41,200 nucleotides of DNA from a virus (lineage: Duplodnaviria; Caudoviricetes). The DNA lies in the IMG/VR virus record IMGVR_UViG_3300029179_000009, positions 1 through 41,200 of that record; one strand, 5' to 3'. Both the position numbers and the translations under genes were made by a program. This document shows positions 35,002 to 41,200 of this stretch, piece by piece; the stretch's first letter is position 1, and each line of letters begins with the position of its first letter. Below the pieces are notes generated by a model. It did not search any database. It worked only from the letters and a program-made list of their open reading frames with translations, and was not told the origin of the DNA.

Positions 35002-36159
35002 ATGACCACTCAAACTAACGCTCAAACTCGTGCTGCAATGCCTGCTGGTGGCCAACAACTGGGTAAAGACCAAGGTAAAGGCGCTAACGGCTCTGATGCT
35101 CTGGCGCTATTCCTGAAGGTATTCGGTGGCGAAGTTCTGACTGCTTTCGAGCGTCAAGCTAAGACTCTGCCTAAGGTTATGGTGCGTACCATCACTTCCG
35201 GTAAATCCGCTCAGTTCCCTGTAATGGGTCGAACCACTGCTCGTTACCTGAAGCAAGGTCAGTCTCTGGATGACAACCGTAACGAAATCAAGCACACCGA
35301 GAAGGTGATTAACATTGATGGTCTGCTGACTACCGATGTGCTGATTTACGACATCGAAGACGCGATGAACCACTATGATGTTCGCGCTGAGTACTCCCGT
35401 CAAATGGGTGAGGCTATGGCGATGGCAACTGACGTAGCTAACTATGCTGAGATGGCCAAACTGGTTAACCTGCGTAAAGATGCCACCAAAGACGAGAACA
35501 TCGTAGGTCTGGGTAATTCCCCGCTGGTTGTGGTTGGTACTAAGGACACTGCGGTATTCCCTGAGAAGCTGGGTGTACAGGTAATTCAGGCGTTGACTCT
35601 GATGCGCGCTGAGTTCACCAAGCGTTACATCCCAACTGGCGACCGTACCTTCTACACCTCTCCGGACATCTACTCTGCGATTCTGGCCGCTCTGATGCCT
35701 AATGCTGCTAACTATGCTGCGCTGATTGACCCAGAAACTGGTAACATCCGTAACGTGATGGGCTTCGAGGTTGTTGAGACCCCGCACATGACTATGGCGA
35801 AAGAAGGTGGCTTCGTGGATAAACCAGCTGATGCCTTCGATGGTACTGGTCATATCTTCCCACTGACCGGTGAGACTACCACTGCTGGTTCCTTCACTGT
35901 AGGTGCGGACAACGTGATTGGTCTGACTGTTCACCGTACTGCGGTAGCCACCCTGAAGCTGAAGGATATGGCGCTGGAACGTGCTCGCCGCCCAGAGTAC
36001 CAAGCTGACCAAATCATTGCGAAGTACGCGATGGGTCACGGTGGTCTGCGTCCAGAAGGTGCAGGTGCTATCATCCATAAGAACTCTGATACTGGTGTTG
36101 TTGTGGACGTTAAGGCTGCTTCTGCTGGTGCTTCCACTCGCCGTAAAGCCGCTGAGTAA
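35002..36159 (+). CDS. gp10: Major capsid protein
   Basis: LALFLKVFGGEVLTAF, GKSAQFPVMGRT and YAMGHGGLRPE. Confidence 0.98.
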   Translation: MTTQTNAQTRAAMPAGGQQLGKDQGKGANGSDALALFLKVFGGEVLTAFERQAKTLPKVMVRTITSGKSAQFPVMGRTTARYLKQGQSLDDNRNEIKHTEKVINIDGLLTTDVLIYDIEDAMNHYDVRAEYSRQMGEAMAMATDVANYAEMAKLVNLRKDATKDENIVGLGNSPLVVVGTKDTAVFPEKLGVQVIQALTLMRAEFTKRYIPTGDRTFYTSPDIYSAILAALMPNAANYAALIDPETGNIRNVMGFEVVETPHMTMAKEGGFVDKPADAFDGTGHIFPLTGETTTAGSFTVGADNVIGLTVHRTAVATLKLKDMALERARRPEYQADQIIAKYAMGHGGLRPEGAGAIIHKNSDTGVVVDVKAASAGASTRRKAAE

Positions 36160-36177
36160 TCCCTCTCAGTTCTAGCC

Positions 36178-36209
36178 ATAAAGGATGCCTTCGGGTGTCC
36201 TTTATTTTT
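36178..36209 (+). terminator. T-phi-like terminator after the capsid gene
   Basis: ATAAAGGATGCC-TTCG-GGTGTCCTTTAT-TTTT. Confidence 0.9.
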
Positions 36210-36238
36210 AAACATTACTTGACTAAGGAGGATTAACT

Positions 36239-36826
36239 ATGAACGTAAGTCCTTATGAAACCAACTGGTCATATCAGGCAGAACTTGAGGCAGTAAACGA
36301 AATCTTATCCGCTATCGGTGAATCCCCAGTGTCTACCCTTGAGGGTGACGCTAACACTGACGTTGTGTCCGCACGGCGTATTCTCGGTAAGATTAATCGC
36401 ATTGAGCAATCCCGTGGTTGGACGTTTAACATTGATGATGTTGTCCTGACTCCTGATGTATTCTCCAATATGATTCGCTTTATGCCGAGTTATCTGCGCC
36501 TGACCTCTGCTGGTGGTACACCTTATGTGAACCGTGGTGGTTACGTGTATGACCGTCTGAATAAGACTGACCGCTTTACCGCACCTATCACAGTCGAATT
36601 GATTTCCCTCAAAGAGTTTGACGAGATGCCGGATGTCTTCCGGTCGTACATTGTGACCAAGGCAGCGAAGGAGTTTAACATCCGTTACTTTGGGGCCAAT
36701 GAAATTGATACCGTATTGGGTAACGACTTGATTGACCTTGAGCGGCTGATTAACGAGTATGAACTGGACTATGGCGCATTCAATGTGTTCAACGACCCGT
36801 TCCTACAGCAAGCCATCCAACGATAA
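36239..36826 (+). CDS. gp11: Tail tubular protein A
   Basis: EL.AVN.IL.AIGESPVSTLEGDAN.DV..ARRIL and QSRGWTFN. Confidence 0.96.
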   Translation: MNVSPYETNWSYQAELEAVNEILSAIGESPVSTLEGDANTDVVSARRILGKINRIEQSRGWTFNIDDVVLTPDVFSNMIRFMPSYLRLTSAGGTPYVNRGGYVYDRLNKTDRFTAPITVELISLKEFDEMPDVFRSYIVTKAAKEFNIRYFGANEIDTVLGNDLIDLERLINEYELDYGAFNVFNDPFLQQAIQR

Positions 36827-36844
36827 TACCTAAGGAGGTACGCT

Positions 36845-39238
36845 ATGGGCTTAGTATCCCAATCTATCAAGAACCTCAAAGGAGGTATTAGTCAACAACC
36901 TGACATCCTTCGGTTTGATGACCAAGGGTCTAAACAGGTGAATGCCTTTAGTTCCGAGGTAGAGGGTCTACAGAAGCGGCCCCCTTCGGTTAACGTTACT
37001 CGGATTAACAACACTGGGTCATGGGGTTCAGAGCCTTATATCCACGTTATTAACCGAGACGAACAGGAACAGTACGCCATCGTGTTTGAAGGGACAGGTG
37101 TTATTGCCTACGACCTGAAGACTGGTCGGAATATTAGTGTTCTTGCACCCAATGGAACGGATTATATCAAAACGTCCCGCCCTCGTGATGACCTTCGGAT
37201 GGTCACAGTGGCAGATTATACGTTCATCATCAATAAGACCAAGACGGTTGCCCAAGGCACGTCCCGTACACCATCAGGCCAAGACCCTATGCGTAACGCT
37301 CTGGTGACTTGCTTTGGTGGTCAGTATGGCAAGACCTTTAAGATTACCATCAACGGTAACACTGCGGCTACCTATAAAACTCCTATTGGTGATAAGGTTG
37401 AGCAAGCGAAACAGATTGACATTGGGTATATCCTATCTCAACTGAAGGCCAGCTTTGATGGCAACTCTACGTTTTCAGGCTGGACGTGTGCCAAGATGCA
37501 AGGCTACCTGTGGATTCAGTGTCCTTCCAGTACCACCATCCAGAGTATCAAAGTGGAGGATGGTTATAATGGTAAGTTACTATCCCGTGTGACCAACACT
37601 GCGCAGAAGACAAGTGACCTTCCTGTGGACGCACCCGATAATTACACCGTGAAAATCACTGGTGAGGCTGGCTCCACTGTGGATGATTACTATGTTCGCT
37701 TCGATGCTCAGGAGAACGTGTGGCGTGAATGTGCGGCCTCTGGGATTATCTCAGGGTTTGACAATGCGACCATGCCTTGGATTCTGATTCGTACTGCTGA
37801 TGGACGCTTTGAGTTTAAGAAGGCTGAGTGGTCGGGACGAGCTGCCGGTGATGATGATACGAACCCGATGCCTTCCTACATTGGTCAACAGTTCAGTGAT
37901 GTATTCTTCTACCGTAACCGCTTAGGGTTCCTGTCTGGGGAGAATGTCATCTTGTCTGGCTCTGGGGAGTATTTCAACTTCTTCCCTAACAGTGTGGCTA
38001 TTAACTCCGACTCTGACCCAATTGACGTTGCTGTGTCTACGAATCGGATTTCCTTGCTGAAGTACGCTGTGCCATTCTCCGAAGAGTTGCTTCTCTGGGC
38101 TGATAACAGTCAGTTTGTCCTTGGGGCAGATGGTGCCTTGTCACCTACGTCTATTAAGCTGGACTTAACCACTGAGTTTGAAATCTCCGATTATGCCCGA
38201 CCTTATGGGATTGGCCGAGGGGTCTACTTTGCGTCTCCACGAGCGAACTACACCTCAGTGCGGCGATTCTATGCGGTACAGGATGTGACCCAAGTGAAGA
38301 ATGCTGAGGACATCTCTGCGCATGTTTCAAGTTATGTGCCTAATGGTGTATTCGCTATGTCCGGCTCAAGCACTGAGAACTTCCTAACGATTCTGACCAA
38401 GGGTGTGCCACACAAGGTATTCCTCTACAAGTTCCTGTACCTGAATGAAGAGTTAGCTCAACAATCATGGTCACATTGGGATTTTGGTGAGGGGAACAAA
38501 GTGTTGCTCTGCCATATGATTGGAGCCGTGATGCACCTTCTGATTGACTCACCTTCTGGTATCTTCCTTGAGCGTATCACTTTCACCCAGAACACGAAGG
38601 ATTTCCTTGATGAACCTTACCGTTTGTATATGGACAGAAAGGCCCAGTACACTGTACCATCAGGGAAGTACAACGATGACCTTTATAAGACTTCCATCAA
38701 GCTGAAGGACATTTATGGTGCAACCCCGCTGAACGGACGTTATTACTTTGTGTACCCGACTGGAACCACTAAGTTCTTTGACCCGCCTACCGGTGGATGG
38801 CCTCTCAATGATGGCCTGATTGAGTTTGATGGTAATCAGGAAGGACAGAAGTTCTTTGTTGGGGAAGCCTATGAGATGCTCTATGAGTTCTCTAAGTTCC
38901 TCATTAAGTCCACTGATAGCTCTGGTGGCGTATCCACTGAGGACATCGGACGGTTACAACTTCGCCGTGCTTGGGTGAACTATGAACGCTCTGGCAACTT
39001 CAAGGTGGTCGTAAATAACCAAGGTCGTGAGTTTGTGTACAATATGACCGGCCAGCGAATGGGAACCCGTGACTTCATCATTGGGTTAGAGAACCTTGAC
39101 ACCGGACAGTTTAAGTACCCTGTGGCTGGGAACGCCAAGGTTATCACCGCCACGTTGACCTCTGACACGCCTAACCCTGTGGCCATCATTGGTGGTGGCT
39201 GGGAAGGTAACTACGTGCGCCGTTCATCCGGTATCTAA
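36845..39238 (+). CDS. gp12: Tail tubular protein B (nozzle)
   Basis: LVSQSIKNLKGGISQQPDILR ... WEGNYVRRSSGI; 797 aa. Confidence 0.97.
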   Translation: MGLVSQSIKNLKGGISQQPDILRFDDQGSKQVNAFSSEVEGLQKRPPSVNVTRINNTGSWGSEPYIHVINRDEQEQYAIVFEGTGVIAYDLKTGRNISVLAPNGTDYIKTSRPRDDLRMVTVADYTFIINKTKTVAQGTSRTPSGQDPMRNALVTCFGGQYGKTFKITINGNTAATYKTPIGDKVEQAKQIDIGYILSQLKASFDGNSTFSGWTCAKMQGYLWIQCPSSTTIQSIKVEDGYNGKLLSRVTNTAQKTSDLPVDAPDNYTVKITGEAGSTVDDYYVRFDAQENVWRECAASGIISGFDNATMPWILIRTADGRFEFKKAEWSGRAAGDDDTNPMPSYIGQQFSDVFFYRNRLGFLSGENVILSGSGEYFNFFPNSVAINSDSDPIDVAVSTNRISLLKYAVPFSEELLLWADNSQFVLGADGALSPTSIKLDLTTEFEISDYARPYGIGRGVYFASPRANYTSVRRFYAVQDVTQVKNAEDISAHVSSYVPNGVFAMSGSSTENFLTILTKGVPHKVFLYKFLYLNEELAQQSWSHWDFGEGNKVLLCHMIGAVMHLLIDSPSGIFLERITFTQNTKDFLDEPYRLYMDRKAQYTVPSGKYNDDLYKTSIKLKDIYGATPLNGRYYFVYPTGTTKFFDPPTGGWPLNDGLIEFDGNQEGQKFFVGEAYEMLYEFSKFLIKSTDSSGGVSTEDIGRLQLRRAWVNYERSGNFKVVVNNQGREFVYNMTGQRMGTRDFIIGLENLDTGQFKYPVAGNAKVITATLTSDTPNPVAIIGGGWEGNYVRRSSGI

Positions 39239-39259
39239 TTAACCATCACAATAGGGATA
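39237..39259 (+). promoter_or_regulatory. Phage RNAP late promoter (phi13-like)
   Basis: AATTAACCATCACAATAGGGATA plus GGGATAC..GTGTCCC hairpin. Confidence 0.92.
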
Positions 39260-39304
39260 CACTCCGTGTCCCTTTGTGTCTATAACATAAGGAGGTAAAC
39301 ACTT

Positions 39305-39934
39305 ATGCGTATTGTCGTAATCGAAGCAAATATCGCTGCTGGTAAATCCACGCTGTTGCAACCTCTGGTTGACGAACTTCAGTTGTGGTCAGGTGAAGAT
39401 TGGGAACTGGTGATTGAACCGGTAGACCAAGACCCTGAGTTCCACCGTCTGTTAAAGGAAATGATTGCCGATATGTCTAACCCAGACAAGCGTATCAAGT
39501 TCCAGATGTACCTCACCGAGTCTCGCCAGAAGCTGCTTAATGAACTGCCTGATGGCAACTATGTGGTGGAACGCTCACTGTTCAGTGACCTTGTGTTCTC
39601 ACAGATGTACTTCCTAACCACTGAGAAACCTTCCGGTGAGTATCTGGATTATTATTACAATATCAAACAGAAGCTCAAGGAATATCCTCAGGTTGACTGT
39701 GTGGTGTATCTTGACCGTGAACCTGAAGCCTGCTTGGAGTCTCTCAAGAAGCGTAACCGTGAAGGTGAGCACTATGAGCTGCACTACCTGCAAGACCTTA
39801 AGCGGTTCCATGATGCCTGTCTCCCTCAGATTGCCCGTGAGTACAACACCACTCTGATTAACGTATCGCTAGGTGAAAACTATGCGTTACCTTCTGTGAT
39901 TGCTGCTGACGTAATGGAGGTGATTTATGGTTAG
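39305..39934 (+). CDS. Deoxynucleoside kinase (dNK family)
   Basis: IEANIAAGKST P-loop, EPV, ERSLFSD.VF, KRNREGE lid and YLQDL..FH. Confidence 0.88.
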   Translation: MRIVVIEANIAAGKSTLLQPLVDELQLWSGEDWELVIEPVDQDPEFHRLLKEMIADMSNPDKRIKFQMYLTESRQKLLNELPDGNYVVERSLFSDLVFSQMYFLTTEKPSGEYLDYYYNIKQKLKEYPQVDCVVYLDREPEACLESLKKRNREGEHYELHYLQDLKRFHDACLPQIAREYNTTLINVSLGENYALPSVIAADVMEVIYG

Positions 39935-40433
39935 TAAATTGATTCGTGTGAACTTCAAGAAAGAACATGCCGAGCACTTGGCCAGTCATTTATCGAAAGC
40001 CGATATGAATGAGCTGATGGTAACTTCTGGTCTGAGTGAAGCTCCTACCTATGATGAAATGGTAGTGACCTTAACCGTGTGTGACCAGTATTCTGACTTC
40101 ACCTATGCTGTGGTTGATTCTGCGAATGGATTTGTGTATGCCATTGGCGGTTACACGGAGAAAGGCGTAGTGTGGTTCCTGTCAAGTAAACACTTATCGG
40201 AACTGGATAAGGAGTCCCGCAAAGCATTCCGACAAATCCTGATTGACAATCTCTATGTAGTTCTGTCTGAACTGAAGATTGACCTCTGGAACTATGTCTG
40301 GATGGGCAACCCTAAGCACATCAAACTGATTTCCTCTCTGGGTGCCCGAATGTCCGGCCCAGTGACTGGTAAGGGTGGTGAGCAATTCCTGAAGTTCCAA
40401 TTCCTACAACGAGACTTCATTAAGGAGGTGTGA
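39927..40433 (+). CDS. gp13: Internal virion protein gp13-like
   Basis: AIGG....VWF and LWNYVWMGN..HIKL..SLGA. Confidence 0.88.
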   Translation: MVSKLIRVNFKKEHAEHLASHLSKADMNELMVTSGLSEAPTYDEMVVTLTVCDQYSDFTYAVVDSANGFVYAIGGYTEKGVVWFLSSKHLSELDKESRKAFRQILIDNLYVVLSELKIDLWNYVWMGNPKHIKLISSLGARMSGPVTGKGGEQFLKFQFLQRDFIKEV

Positions 40434-40434
40434 T

Positions 40435-40995
40435 ATGTGTGACCCAGTGTCTGGCACTATGGCTGTCCTTGGCGCTGCTGGTGGAATGATGGACATCAAG
40501 AATCAGAATAAGGCATGGGCCGCACAGGAGACTGCTCGCCGTAAGCAGAAAATCCAGATGGTTCGCCAAGCTAACTCTCAGGACGCTGCACTCCGACTGC
40601 AAGCGAGTAACCTGATGACTCAAGCCCGTGACATCTTGGAGCAGGAATCTATCGGATACATCCAAGCCAAAGGCGCTGTCAACAATGCTATCAATGAGTC
40701 TAACCTCGAAGGGCGCACAATGGACAGAGTACGTGCTGATGTCGATAAACAGTTCCTGAAGACCAAGGTGCGCATCCAGTCCAACTATGAGACGGACTAT
40801 GCGAACATCTATGCTGAGCGTGAGTCTGTGCGTGATAACCTTATCGCTGGTCTTGAAGGTATGCCTGCGCAACCTAAGCCGAACAAACTGTCTCAGGCAG
40901 TTAGTCTGGCCAATAGCACCATCGGAGGCTATCAAGCAGGTATGAACATTAAGAGTGTCATGAAGAATGATGCTAACATCCAGAACAACCGCTAA
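40435..40995 (+). CDS. gp14: Internal virion protein gp14-like
   Basis: MCDPVS N-terminus; AINESNLEGRTMDRV and NYETDYANIY. Confidence 0.88.
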   Translation: MCDPVSGTMAVLGAAGGMMDIKNQNKAWAAQETARRKQKIQMVRQANSQDAALRLQASNLMTQARDILEQESIGYIQAKGAVNNAINESNLEGRTMDRVRADVDKQFLKTKVRIQSNYETDYANIYAERESVRDNLIAGLEGMPAQPKPNKLSQAVSLANSTIGGYQAGMNIKSVMKNDANIQNNR

Positions 40996-41186
40996 TAGCT
41001 ATACTCAAGGTCATCACTAGGTGGCCTTTATGAATATCTATTGAATGGAGGTGTATTGTGAGTAATCGTAATCCAATGAATGAAAAGAATGTGCCGATTG
41101 ACGTTCGATATAGTGAACTCGGTGCAAAACCTACTGATGAACCACAGATTTCTAAGCGACCAGACTTTCAGATTTTCACTGATGAT
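40973..41186. repeat. Contig terminal overlap (copy of 1-214)
   Basis: Direct identity with the window start. Confidence 0.95.
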
Positions 41187-41200
41187 CGTGACTGGGAAAC
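41184..41200 (-). other. Library primer remnant (random-PCR Round A/B tag GTTTCCCAGTCACGATC)
   Basis: The last 17 nt GATCGTGACTGGGAAAC are the reverse complement of the tag; the sequence diverges from the 1-214 copy after 41186. Confidence 0.85.

Noticed and set aside
35107-36078. 323-aa antisense ORF over the capsid gene, and similar minus-strand ORFs at 34260-34922 and 21673-22353
   Set aside because: Shadow ORFs expected from the codon bias of highly expressed + strand genes; no RBS, no minus-strand promoter and no recognisable motifs
36050-36210. Programmed frameshift producing a gp10B minor capsid protein
   Set aside because: No clear slippery sequence, and the terminator follows within about 20 nt of the stop, leaving no room for a substantial extension

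Overview
The window is an essentially complete T7/T3-like podophage genome (Autographiviridae, Studiervirinae-like) of about 40,972 bp. It is assembled as a circularly permuted contig: positions 1-214 recur at 40973-41186, and the contig ends in a 17-nt random-amplification primer remnant. All real genes are on the + strand. The physical genome end (terminal repeat) lies near 11774. From there the order is: host sigma70 promoters; early genes (gp0.6-like, SAM lyase, Ser/Thr kinase, SleB-like hydrolase, single-subunit RNA polymerase); ligase, gp2, dNMP kinase; DNA polymerase; primase/helicase; SSB, endonuclease I, amidase; 5.5, 5.7, exonuclease; head and tail genes; lysis and terminase. I found 18 copies of a phage promoter AAT(A/T)AACCATCACA(A/G)TA|G, 8 T7-type RNase III stems and two terminators. 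Main departures from the T7 paradigm: (1) the replication blocks are in reversed order without inversion, and gp16 precedes gp15, with most junctions on promoter or RNase III repeats that also embed stop codons and RBSs (a cassette-like architecture); (2) the RNAP specificity loop carries R756H, co-varying with a -9 C-to-A promoter change; (3) three phage promoters lie upstream of the RNAP gene; (4) there is a deoxynucleoside kinase plus dNMP kinase pair; (5) gp16 appears to lack its transglycosylase domain while a stand-alone SleB-type hydrolase is present; (6) the spanin locus is miniaturised. Homology calls rest on motifs and T7/T3 sequences recalled from memory; no database search was run.
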